Assembly: GCA_044892525.1 (NCBI GenBank)
Contig: CM097887.1
Span: forward strand, 14,018,881 to 14,076,000
Reading direction: 5' to 3'
Source: Schmidtea polychroa
Lineage: Eukaryota
DNA length: 57,120 bases
Shown here: positions 12,572 through 25,647 of the stretch, one piece after another
How the letters are laid out: each line of letters begins with the position of its first letter
How positions within the stretch are numbered: position 1 is the first letter of the stretch
Translations under genes and position numbers: made by a program
Notes under the pieces: model-generated
The model's database searches: none
What the model was told of the DNA's origin: nothing
Seen by the model: the letters and a program-made list of their open reading frames with translations, nothing else

Positions 12572-15500
12572 CTTGCCATCGCCATGCGTAGCCACATAGA
12601 TTTATTTAGCACAATTCTGTTATTCCATGGATATGATTTGTTGGTGGTGTTGGTTCCAGAATGCGTATGCGTCACTATAAATAAATCTCAAGAAATATTA
12701 TAAAGTAAATGTTTACAAGCAGGCATAATTGTCATATCGCCTGGTGTTTTTGCGAAAGGTAATGGTGGTCGAACCAGTTCCAATAGCCGCCCTAATAGTT
12801 GGAAGGTTGGCTCGATAATGTNNNNNNNNNNNNNNNNNNNNNNNNNNNNNNNNNNNNNNNNNNNNNNNNNNNNNNNNNNNNNNNNNNNNNNNNNNNNNNN
12901 NNNNNNNNNNNNNNNNNNNNNNNNNNNNNNNNNNNNNNNNNNNNNNNNNNNNNNNNNNNNNNNNNNNNNNNNNNNNNNNNNNNNNNNNNNNNNNNNNNNN
13001 NNNNNNNNNNNNNNNGAACATTTCATTCTTTTAAAAATAATAATTCAAATAATATATTTTTAAATTTTAACATTTAGAATTTAATTTAGTAATTTATTAA
13101 TTATTTAATTTAACAAACAACAATCGATGCATACAATATACAAAAAATTATTTAAAAACATTTAAAACACAAGTATTCGCTGCATTCTGCACATTAATTT
13201 TTGGATCCAATCATGGGCGCGCGAAATTTTTATTTTCTGGGGGGGGGCGCAAAATATTTTTAGTAATGTTCTAATGTAGTTTAAATTTACTGTAGCGTAT
13301 TTGTATGGGGAATGAACGGACAAGACACTGTAGTAATGAAGGGCATACTGTAGCAACAAATTTTTTATTATTTTTTTTCATTATTTGACTATTTTCAATA
13401 AATCCAATTGAATATGTTATTAGCAGCAGAATGTGTATATTGCCTAACTAACACACTCTTATTAGTGACTTATATTCAGATTCACGGAACTAATAATTCC
13501 AGATCAAATTGCACCCATTAAAATCAAGCAAAATTACACTTTTTTTATTTACACGTGAGTGTACTTTTCCGGTTTGTATAAAACCCGCAAAAATGACACG
13601 TGAGTGTGATGTCCATATTTTCTGCTTATAGCAATTTGAAAAGATGTATTTTAGCTCGATGACTTTTTTCAAAAATTCATTACTAAAATTAAACATGAAT
13701 ATGCAAATAAGATGTAAATTACGAGTATATGTTAATGATGATTTAACCCTTTCGTGGACAAAAATATTTGTTCCATTTTTATATTAGTTTTGTTTGGAAA
13801 TGGATGCTGGTCGCAGAATATAGATTCCTAATTGATCATTTATTTATAAACTCAAACAATGTAGAAATATTACAATAATGATAAAATTTTATATACAGTA
13901 AAACTCGTTTAAATGAACTTTCAAGGGGGCACGAAAATTATGTTCATTTAGCATGGTGTTCAATTAAGAATTAAAAAAATTAAGAAAAAAATGTTTTAAT
14001 TAATTATTATAAGACAAGAACAAATACATCTATATTTAAAGTTTGAAAAATAAGATATTTTTGTTTGTTTTTAATTTGAAATACTTATCTTATTCTCTAA
14101 ATTGTGAATCATTTCACGTTCATCTTTTGTATCAGCTACATCACATAGAAAATAATATCTTAATATATCCACAACGCGCGAAAACAATACCGCGACCTTG
14201 AAAATCGCGACTTGTGAGCAGAAAGATTACATAACAACAAAATACATACAACTAAAGTACTTACAATCTCAATCATAGTGATTTAACTATTTTAATATAT
14301 TATTATTAATAGTTTTGCTTAAATAATGTTAGGTTTTATTTTGTTTCATTTTATAGTAAATCTTTTTGATGATGTTTTTATACAGTTTGGGGAGAAAAAT
14401 AATTAGTAGATTGGAAAGGTTAAGAAAAACAAGCTAAAACTAAAAAGTTAGGAATTGAAAAAGTAAAAAAATAGAAAAAATGAAAATGAAAGAATAAAAA
14501 TAATTCATTTAATACATTACTGTGACGCGCGGTCATGATCGACGCTATTATTAATAGCTCGCGGTTATGATGGGCGCGGTTATTAAAGTAAACCGTTTTT
14601 TAGTAAGACGTTGAAATTCATCTTCCTCACTTTGCTCATCCGTTTCGTCTGCGATTTCTTTATCTTTTTCAAGGATGGTTTCAACGATTTCCTGGTCAGC
14701 AATGATAGCCGATACAGCAAGCTCTTCGTCGCAATCAACATAATCTTCAAAATTAAAGTTCTTTGGTGTTATATTGTTTGATTGAAGCTGAAAAATTGCA
14801 GACTCAATGGGTTCTATATCGTTATAGTCATTGTTTGATCAAATCCACATTTTTGAAGCAATTTTGTATGATTTAACAATATATATGTGTGTATGTGTTA
14901 AAGTACTATTTTATCATAATTTTCGGTGATGGGAGACCGTCTTCAACGGCTCACGAAAGGGTAAATTTATATTTTTATGAAATTCAATATTTACTAACAC
15001 ATTAGTACTATAATTAGCCTAAAATTAATGATAGAGACAACCAACCACTTATTCTTAGTTTGGTAAAAGTTTGCCACTTTTATTTGATGTTTTTCTAATT
15101 TTCCACATTTTGAAAAACAATCTGTGACAAACTACAATAAATAAATCACAAGTTAAAAATTTTAAAAAACCCTTGACAGTCGGCTTTGAGAACTTTCGGC
15201 GCTTTTATTGAATTTATTGACACAATATATTTTCATTAAAACTATAAAACAAGGAATAAGAAAATACTGAGTATTTAAAAATATTATTATAACTAGGGGC
15301 TCTGCCCCTGTTCGCTTCGCTTCACCAACCCCGTTAGAACGTGGGGTTAATGTTAAAGGTAATATCCAGGGTGTTCTTGGACAGGAGTAAAATTCAGTTA
15401 ATTAATATGTTTACATAACTATGATAAAAGATAATAGCATAAACCGTTTATAAATAATATAGAAAGATAAGTACAAAAGAATAAATACTTCATAAAAAAA

Positions 15501-16551
15501 ATTTTAAAAAAAAATAAATATAAAAAAAAGTAAAATACGGATGGAAGGGACCCTTAGCTTTTTTATGTATAGAGAGATATTATATTTAATAAAACATTGA
15601 CTATGAATCAGTTAATGACCAAAGTCTCCAAATTTATTTACTCTCCATAATAACAAGCTCCTTCCATAATAACATCTCCTTCAGAACTGATATTCAATGA
15701 TAAATTTAACAAAAAATGTAATAAGGCTTATAATATAAAAAAGATAAGTATTTTGACGGGTGACTGTTCCCCATTTATTTAGAGTTAAAGTTTTGGAAAC
15801 ACAAAGACAGAAAATGCATCCATATGCGTAAATGTGAGTGATAATGCTATTTATTGTGAGAATTTCAGTATTATAAATAATGTAATAGAACCGTACAATT
15901 AGACAGGGGTCCCTAGTAACTCAATACTTTATTTCGATGGAATTTGATATAAATTCAAAAATTGTGAAAAACATTACAATTAGAGAAATAGAATTTATAT
16001 CTTTTCTAACTCGATTGGATTTCAGGCACAAACGCAGTCTTTCTACTGCATATTGGAGAGAAGGGGATATTCAACTCCTTTTCCCGGTCTCCCTAATTAC
16101 ACATCTTTATCAATAACAAACAATAAATGTTTCCATTACTTGTCTGAACATTTGCTCTTGCCACATTTCAACCCATTTGTTATGAATTGACCAAATTTTC
16201 GATGGGTGGGATATGTCGGCTGCGTGTAACATGAATTGTATAGTTTTCATTTTATCCACTCTGATTTTATTTTTTTAATACACACTGGGAAATAATATAA
16301 TTTTACTCATTCCCACTAGCCATTTCTGCCTTTATCGTTTTTAAATGGTAAAAATGTTGAGAATGATCACAACTCAGAACACATTCAATAACTGATTTAC
16401 GAAATTCACTATAAATAATAATGATTATAATAATAATAATAATTGTCAATTTTAAGAAATCCCTTTCAATCAATCCAGTACTAAGCTGGAATGTTTAATG
16501 TTTGTTTGCCTATAAAATTCATTATCTGCCGTTTTATTGGATATAAATCTG

Positions 16552-16599
<48 letters not shown>

Positions 16600-19500
16600 T
16601 GCATCACGTGCAATGTATACAAAGAAATATACATTGGAAGTACACTCAAGACCTTGCGCAAAGAATTAAAAAACGTCTAGATCCTGTTGGAAAATCTTCG
16701 GTAAACAGACATCTCCAATAATGTCAACCAAGAAAGGAAAGAAAAAATATTTCAATCAAATATTAGCCAATGGAAACATCCAAAAAAATATGTCAGATAT
16801 AAAGAAGTAATTCTCATCATAAACAAACGGCCAACAATCAACACTAAAGAAGAGATTAATGAAATCATCAATTTGATTTGTTGTTATTGACCTTAAGAAT
16901 AGCTTTTAAAAAAATTAAATTACAAATTAAAAAATAATAATTTAAAATAATATATAAAAATAGATCAAATATACTTTTAAAAAATCATTAGGAATAACAA
17001 TCAAAAGAGAAACATTTTTTAAAAATATTTAAATTGCCTATATAAATAATTATTGGAAACTATGTCTTATAAATATTTTAAGATATTATTTATTAAGAGG
17101 TTTCTATGAGCTAATTATAAAAGCTTTAAAAATTAAAAAAAATTTCTAGGGTTTCGTTTTGAATTTTAGAGGATATTTAGTTGAAAAAATTTTTAAATTT
17201 TAAATTCTTTAGAAAAAGTTTATTATTATTTTTTTTAAGAAAAAGAAAATAAAAGCGAAGATCGGAAAGAATTTTGGAAAAAAGAAGAAACTAAATTCCA
17301 GGAAATTGCCAAGCACTATCTTATAGTCGAATTTTTTTACAAATGTATAAAATACATTATTTGCAGCAAAAGGCTTAAATTATTATTTAATTGTTTTAAA
17401 TCTAATTAATGCTGCTACCAAGAAATTTTATTATTATTATAACTTATATATCTATTATAATAAACCTGTATTCATTCTTATTAAGTGCACGGATGAAATT
17501 GCATTTGGGATTCTGAAGGATTTTGAAAACAGCAGATACGTGATGATTTTCCCTGATTTGGCTATCGTTATAAATCAGTCCTAGTTGATCATTTGTTTTA
17601 ATAAGAAAAGCATTGCTATATCCGGGATCATCATAATCATGAATAACGGCAGAAAATAAAAACACGAAAACTTGGAGATCTGTTATCCAATGCTGAATTT
17701 GATTGTATTTTTGAATATTATCGAAACAATAAAAATGTTAATTTTAAAAATTCTATCAAATTTAGATAATTAATAATTTCAATTTAACATGAATTTCCGG
17801 CACATCCTTTTATAATAATTCAACAAAAAATTAGAATTGCAGTGAGTAGATAGATATGAGCGTTCTAGGCCACTATAAATTATCCAGGCCCTAAGATTTT
17901 TTACAACAAGGAAATGGTAATATTGATTTTGAAGTGCAAATTTAAGCAATAGTAAGGGACCAAATCTTTCTTGTCTTTAATCAGAGCTTTAGAGCAAACA
18001 ACACGCACCTTCAATCTACACTTTTTAAATCTATTACTTTTTCATGCTAAGAATCCCAATGTGAAAGAGCCTTTATTTATTTATATATTTTTTCACTGTT
18101 CCTTTGATTGTAAATTCGCTCTACGACCAACTGACAATTGGTTATTAGTCATTCCTTTTTACGCGTTTCTCTCTTTTAAATAATTCAATTAACCAACATC
18201 AAAACAATTTTATGAGAAATATTTTCCTAAAAGCAAAATAATTAAGTAGCAGACATTCCGCCTATATGCGAACTGACTCTGTATAATTTCGTTTTGATGG
18301 AAACTAATTATTTTAGCTTGTCAATTACCGCTCGTGGTTTTTAAATGGCTCGAGTTTTCCACATACTACGAAATTATTTATCTCTAATTAGTTTGTATTT
18401 GTCAAATATCTTTTCTGGGGACCCCCATTGATTTTATATTATTATATCTGTATTAGTCTGATCTTTGATATCGATACATATCTATTTCTCCCGAATTACG
18501 CCAATTTTTAATTGATTAATCACAGCCACCTTCTAGTGATTTTATGCCGAAAATTCGTGAATATCAAAAAAAACCTTTAATGATTCATAGTCAAATTTTT
18601 AATAAATGCAATGCCAATTGAAAAGAAATCAGATGTGAAAAGTTTTTATAATTTATAACAGTGTTTAACAAACTATTTTTTTTGTGCCCCAAAAATTTAC
18701 AAAAAATTTTTTGGTGACCCCAACTATTAAATTAATTAAAATTTTTTCAAATGAAGAAATTTAGTGTATTTCATTCATCTTAACACACAAACACAACATA
18801 TACACCAAACACCCCTTAGATACGTTTCCTATAATATAAGAAAAAAATCAATAATCTTACAATAGAGAAACATACATACTTACTTTGATTTCACGCTGAT
18901 GTTCTAATTACTAGTACAATGAGATACATCTTACACTATCGAAATCTAAAAGTGATACACCTAATTCCGAAAGTCAACATAGTCTATAATCTAAAAAAAA
19001 TCAATTTATAGTATAGGAGCACACAAACTTACCTGTGTGTAAAAATGTAATGCTTCGAAAGTTAACATATTTATTATAGGAATCGAAAAAGTGACAGAAA
19101 AATAATTGAACATACCAACACAAAACACATAATGAAAAATGCATGCAAATTTATTATAGCGTTTTTTTCCGAAATTATACATTGATTAACATATTGTTAA
19201 CATATTATTATTTTTAATATATTAAAAAATAATGGAGGAAAATTTTTTTTATCTAGAATCGGAAAACTCTACTTTGGTCTGTGGAAAAAGTTGATAAAAC
19301 ATTGTAAAATCTATTTATAAAATATTTTTGAAGTTAATATTTCTTTGGATTTTCAGATATTTCTCTGGAAACGCTACCTTTTTGCCAAGGTGAAGATCTG
19401 GCAATGTAAGATTTATTCATTAGAATACAAAACATTAAATTAAAAAGAAATTAATATTTTCATAGAATTACAGAAAATGACAAAATTCGGCTTAAATTTA

Positions 19501-21479
19501 AAAAACTATTTTATAAAAAAAATAATAAAAAATATCTTTATTTATTTATTGTTAAAAATATATCTAACTTACATTTTATCGAAATAATTCCAAATAAATT
19601 CATAAAATGTCATAAAATTCCGAAAAAACACCTGAAATTTAATTATCAATATTTTATATTATAAATGCTGGCTAAAAGTAATATTTAGGAACTTCAATAA
19701 AATCAAAATTCAAGTCTTCAAAGTTACTTAAAATTAAAAATATTACCTGAAAACGATTTTTCAAAAATGAAGTTAAGTAATCTCTGTCACATAAATCCTC
19801 AACTGGTGTGCACACCAACGTATATTATAGACAATGTTAACTTTCGGAATTAGGTGTAGAAAAATTAAACACTGCACACAAACACAAACACAACACATAC
19901 TAAAAATCACATGCAAAATTTCGATTCATAGAAATGCGCCGCTGAGATACGTTTCTATAATAACTTTATTTTGAGAAGAAAATATGAGAAAAAAAATGAT
20001 CGCTGAAAATGTTTTTAATGTATTTTTTAAAGAAACTATGTTAAATTATCATGAAAATGACGAAATATCATCGTAAGAATTATTTTTGAGTTAGAATTAA
20101 GTTAGAATTTCATTAGAATTTCTAATATTTGTTTTAAAAATATTTTAGAAAATAAATTTTTGGCGATTGATTTAATTATTTAATTATAATTTAAAATATA
20201 TCTGACTTCCAAAATACTTCAAAATAAATTTCATAAAATTCCTAAAAAACCTGAAATTTAATTAAAAATAATTTATAATACAATTGTTGACTAAAAGTAA
20301 TATTTAAGAACTTGAATAATGATCTCATATTTATATATGGATCAAAATTCAAGTCTTGAAATTTACTTAAAATAAAACATCTTACCTGAAAGCCATTTCA
20401 AAATGGCTAAATTAAATTTCTAAAAAATTGACTAAATGATGTGCATGCTAACCACCAATATAGAAAATGTATCTCAGTGGTGTTTGGTGTAGCAAAATAT
20501 GTATATAAACTTTTGATATGTAAAAATATTGAATGGGAAAAAAACATTTTAAAATTTTATTATTTACAATTTATTAAAAAAAACATGACTGTTAAAAAAT
20601 TTTCAGCAAAATTCGGAAAACTTATACAGAAAATAACGAAATAACTTCGTACGATTTATTTTACAAATTATTAAAAATATAATATTTATTTACAATTTCA
20701 GATATTTCTCTTCAAACTTTGTCTTTTTGCTATGTCAACCATTGCAAATATTCAACCAGGTCCTTTTACTTCACGGGGAAAATCGAAAATTTTAATAACT
20801 TAACGTCTAAGTTAGTATGGATGTACCCGTAAAGCGTTAAATGTCATTGCAAATCAAAGTATGGCTGTGGTCATACAGACCTTAATCGAATGTATACGTC
20901 AGACAACGGCATCTATCGGCTTACCCCAATAATATTTTAAAAACTAAATGAAGTTAGCGGTATTATCAACTTTACAAAAGCGATTTCAAAGTATGTGTGA
21001 CGTCACAATCAATCTTTTGTGGTGTTTAAAACCAGTTTGAACACGTGCACGCATGTCATCGCGTATATGTAAGTTGTTGAACACGGTTTTATTTAAAAAA
21101 ACGTATTTTGTTTGGTGTTTTTGTGTTTTATTGACATTGTTTTTATTTTTTGCATACCCTTATTTACGTACTATTTAATAGCGGAAAGCCCGTTGGTAAT
21201 TTTGTGTTGTGGAATTTTTGTGAGTGTATTGATTGTGATTTTATAATATATTGTTTCATATAAAGTTATAAACACCTGAAATAATCATACGATTTTTCAA
21301 TAAAAACTTTTGTTCCTAGTTTTTCTATCATTATATACAGTTTAATTAATGTAAACAGTTTTTTTTATTATAAATGAATAATCTTATTGTTTTTTTTGGA
21401 TTAATAATGTAGTTGTTCTGTTTCGTTAATTATATATTAATTGGTTTTATTTTAATTTTAGATAATACATTCCCTGTGC

Positions 21480-21543
<64 letters not shown>

Positions 21544-24500
21544 TACAATTCCATAAATAACCAATTTGAGTACCCGGGTATTATATTCAGAACTTTACGG
21601 TAAGTTTTAATTTTTTTACCCAATTATTGTGTCGGAAGTCGTCAAACGTAATACATTTTATTTTAAATTTTTATATAAAAATAACTCACTGGGTATAGGT
21701 ATGTACATCATACCAAAACTCACTACCATAGAGGTTAAAGGAGATAGATTTACTTGGTTATTAACTTTCTTTTTTTTAATAAATGATAGTTAAAAATATA
21801 TCTAACTCACTTTAAATCGAAATAAATCAAAAATTCAATGAAAATAATTTAAAAATAAAGATTATAACTAACCATCATTTTATAATTCTGGATGAAGAAA
21901 TGGACTGTCTGTAATACATCAGATGCATGGACACTATTGTAATATGGATGGCTGTTTTGATTGTATCCAATCTCTATATTGTTCAGGAATTCTTCCAAAA
22001 AATCAGATGAAACCTTTAGTAGTTAAAAAACGAATCTTTTTCAAATATTAAATAACTTTGTATTTCCTGAGAATATTGTGATGTAGAAATATATAAACTG
22101 TCATATATTTGAGAGTATGCCCATTACACTTCTTGTCCAGGCTCAGGATATCGAAATCCCACTCATGAATGCTGTTCTAAACACATTACTCAAACAAATA
22201 ATATTAAAGGAAAGTTTGGAAATTTTAATGAGGAGAAATTTATGTCAAATTCAAGTCAAATACAACTTTATGGAATTTCAACGAATAATAAAAATCGCCA
22301 TTCGTACTTCTTTTTCACCATATATTTCGATACTATCACTATCATCATCAAGTTACCTACATTCACGACGGATGAATAACTATACTATATTGATAATATA
22401 TAAACAAATTATAAAATCTATAAATTTTAAATTATAAATAAAAATGTTAAACAATTTTTTTTTTAAATATTTTTAATAATCGACTATATTTAAACTTTTA
22501 AAATTATTTAACATAACAATTATTAATATCCATCAACATACAAAAACTTAATTAAAAACATTCAACACACAAGTATTCACTGCATTCTGCACATTGATTT
22601 TAGGATTAAAAGTTCTTATCAATAATGCTTTACATATCACAGGCTCAAAATAATTATCAAAATTTTTTGATAAGATTTTAAAATCAGGCATTCCTAATTC
22701 TTTCATACAGACTTTATTATGATCCTTAATATTGGACACTCCCTTCGGTCGACAGTGTTCTTGAACTCGAGTACAGAGATGACGGGAAGTCTCTCCAATG
22801 TATGTGGCAATACACCCATTACATGTGAATTGATAAACGAGATCCTAACACAATCCAACCGGCGTTTGAGATTTACTAACAAACATACTACGTACTTCGC
22901 ACGATTTTGAAACAATTCTATAATTCAACTTACTCAGCTGTTTACCAATCTTTCTTTTCAAATCTTTATATCCTTCAAAATACAGCAATACCATCATATA
23001 TTTTGGCTCATCTTGTTTGTTAGTATCAATACTCATATTCACTACATCATTCGACATATCAGTCAATTTACATTCATTCATAAATAAAAAAATTGAAATT
23101 TCAGCAATTATTTTGAAAATAATAAAATTTTTAGTATGCTTTTGAATTTACAAATAACATTCCAAGTTGACTGGATTGGGAATATTTCACGTTTAACTGC
23201 ACTAAATAGACTTTTATTTGATTTTTTATATCATCCTTTGGATCTGGGTCCGTCCTTGAAAATCTGGCTGCGTCTACCAGCACAATTTGTAAAATTGGTT
23301 TTGGTCACTCTAATGAAACAAGAAATTATGTTAAAGCTGAAATTCTTCACTATTATCATAGATGGAGCCAGTGTTATGAAATTAATAAAGCAATAAATGA
23401 TGGGATGGCACATCCACTACAAATAGCATATCGATGGGGATCATTGGCTTCAAATTTCTAAAAAGATGACTATTTGAGAATGGAAGCTCACGTGGTAATT
23501 ATTTGAAAGGATGATATAAATATTTAAAAACGATAAAGCCAACCAGTATCGAGTCAGAAAGAGAATTTTCTTCTGCAGTGTTAGTTTGTAAAAAAAATAA
23601 TGAAGCTTCTTTGGTGACAAAGTTCTGGACAAAGTCATGTCTCTCAGATGCAACTTTTAGCAATAAAGAAACTTATTTATTCATTCTGTATGACATACAT
23701 TCATTTGACCTACATAAAACTGCCATACATTCAATTGACCTACATAAAGCTGCCATACATTCAATTGACCTACATAAAGCTGCCATACATTCAATTGACC
23801 TACATAAAGCTGGCATACATCCAATTGACCTACATAAAGCTGCCATACATTCAATTGACCTACATAAAGCTGGCATACATTCAATTGACCTACATAAAGC
23901 TGGCATACATTCAATTGACCTACATAAAGCTGCCATACATTCAATTGACCTACATAAAGCTGGCATACATCCAATTGACCTACATAAAGCTGGCATACAT
24001 TCAATTGACCTACATAAAGCTGCCATACATTCAATTGACCTACATAAAGCTGGCATACATCCAATTGACCTACATAAAGCTGGCATACATCCAATTGACC
24101 TACATAAAGCTGCCATACATTCAATTGACCTACATAAAGCTGCCATACATTCAATTGACCTACATAAAGCTGGCATACATTCAATTGACCTACATAAAGC
24201 TGCCATACATCCAATTGACCTACATAAAGCTGGCATACATTCAATTGACCTACATAAAGCTGCCATACATTCAATTGACCTACATAAAGCTGGCATACAT
24301 TCAATTGACCTACATAAAGCTGGCATACATCCAATTGACCTACATAAAGCTGCCATACATTCAATTGACCTACATAAAGCTGCCATACATTCAATTGACC
24401 TACATAAAGCTGCCATACATTCAATTGACCTACATAAAGCTGGCATACATCCAATTGACCTACATAAAGCTGGCATACATTCAATTGACCTACATAAAGC

Positions 24501-25647
24501 TGCCATACATTCAATTGACCTACATAAAGCTGGCATACATCCAATTGACCTACATAAAGCTGGTATACATCCAATTGACCTACATAAAGCTGCCATACAT
24601 TCAATTGACCTACATAAAGCTGCCATACATTCAATTGACCTACATAAAGCTGCCATACATTCAATTGACCTACATAAAGCTGGCATACATCCAATTGACC
24701 TACATAAAGCTGGCATACATTCAATTGACCTACATAAAGCTGGCATACATCCAATTGACCTACATAAAGCTGGCATACATCCAATTGACCTACATAAAGC
24801 TGGCATACATCCAATTGACCTACATAAAGCTGGCATACATTCAATTGACCTACATAAAGCTGCCATACATTCAATTGACCTACATAAAGCTGCCATACAT
24901 TCAATTGACCTACATAAAGCTGCCATACATTCAATTGACCTACATAAAGCTGCCATACATTCAATTGACCTACATAAAGCTGCCATACATTCAATTGACC
25001 TACATAATCTGTCATACATTGAACTAACATAAATTTCTTACTGTTAAATAATCAACTAATATTAGAAAAACTGAAAGCATTTTATTATGAGCTATTAAAA
25101 ATCGGAATTTACTTCCATTAATTTCGCTATAGCTGGCGGAATATTCATGGCCGCACTTTCCGTTGACTTTTTAAATATTCTGAATTTCAATTCTTGGTAA
25201 AATAACTAATTATCAATAAGAAGCACTTTTCCACCATCAGCATAGCTAGAATTGCATTAACTACAGCTTTAAATCTAGGTCGTTCAGTTCGCTTTTTAGG
25301 GGCGGCTATGCCAGTAAATGTGCTTGCAAGCCAATCCTTGATTTCTGGGGGCATGTCATCGATTTCGGTGACCTCGTCTTCGTCATTCAAACTATAACGC
25401 ATTTTAATAAAAAATAATTTAATAATCTTAAATAACAAATTTGGGTCGTTTGCAAGTTTCTCCATTGTCCCAGCTATGTCTTCAAGCGCTATCAATAATT
25501 CCTCTTTATCCATATCGACCTTTTTAAGCGAATCCACTAATCCACTTAGCCTTATATCTTTAATTAATTTAACAAAATTCATTCAGCAATATACCTTGTA
25601 CAACAAGTAATATAAACTTTCACCTTACTTGTTTCAGCTTTCGCCAT
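12572..25647 (-). CDS. PDE1: Ca2+/calmodulin-type cyclic nucleotide phosphodiesterase PDE1-like gene with substituted catalytic residues
   Basis: GT-AG exons with consistent phases: 25595-25647, 25437-25550, 25227-25391, 25113-25179, 22057-22176, 21873-22013, 17466-17692, 16307-16408, 16140-16260, 16011-16092, 12717-12821 (5' end in the gap) and 12572-12674. Motifs include KDWLASTF, HEWDFDIL, PYYNSVHASDV, HDYDDPG, ENHH, HAADISHP, QGDREKEL and IIEPTF. The terminal exon is unresolved (candidate acceptor at 12393-12394). Confidence 0.92.
13016..13205 (-). mobile_element. Short PLE 3'-end fragment, same family as 22310-23090
   Basis: 13150-13205 matches 22548-22605 (acacaagtattc.ctgcattctgcacatt). 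Confidence 0.55.
13896..14880 (-). mobile_element. Tigger/pogo-like transposon remnant
   Basis: TA|CAGTAAAACTCG terminus at 13896. Minus-strand 14590-14875 reads IQNCFK.CGF...FEDYVDCDEEL...DQEIVETIL, typical of the pogo C-terminus. Confidence 0.65.
15293..15577 (-). mobile_element. Non-autonomous Helitron (285 bp)
   Basis: On the minus strand: A|TC 5' end, GGGGCAGAGCCCC hairpin and CTAG|T 3' end. Confidence 0.6.
16620..17400 (+). mobile_element. Penelope-like element 3' end with a decayed hammerhead
   Basis: Reads YIGST-[frameshift]-QDLAQRIKKR...SSVNRHLQ*C and ILIINKRPTINTKEE. The decayed motif TTGCCAAGCACTA..TAGTCGAA lies at about 17302-17340. Confidence 0.7.
18800..20720. repeat. AT-rich repeat with internal duplication; family also at about 56710-57050
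   Basis: 19550-19760 resembles 20190-20400. ACACAAACTTACCTGTGTGTA and ACAGAAAATGACAAAATTCGG are shared with 56720-57055. Confidence 0.55.
22310..23090 (-). mobile_element. Penelope-like element 3' part (linker plus GIY-YIG endonuclease) in a PDE1 intron
   Basis: Reads LLYFEG...SQTPVGLC*DLVYQFTCNGCIATYIGETSRHLCTRVQEH...FKIL...KALLIRTFNPKINVQ, with one premature TAG. Confidence 0.85.
23140..23690 (+). mobile_element. hAT transposase C-terminal remnant
   Basis: IKPTSIESEREFSSA matches the hAT PxTSVxSERxFS motif. Confidence 0.55.
23701..25020. repeat. 30-bp minisatellite, 44 units
   Basis: Unit YCAATTGACCTACATAAAGCTGSCATACAT, with nearly all variation at two sites. Confidence 0.98.

Noticed and set aside
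12688-13077. ORFs spanning N runs (also 33399-33824 and 54202-54432)
   Set aside because: Gap artefacts; only 12717-12821 is a real PDE exon.
22290-22370. Candidate PDE exon DDDSDSIEIYGEKE
   Set aside because: It has an in-frame stop, and the true exon was found at 25113-25179.
23701-25020. CRISPR-like array
   Set aside because: The repeats are head-to-tail with no unique spacers, and the context is eukaryotic.
23578-25032. Four 448-484 aa repetitive ORFs
   Set aside because: They are a by-product of a stop-free 30-bp unit, open on both strands, inside an intron and adjoining a hAT remnant.
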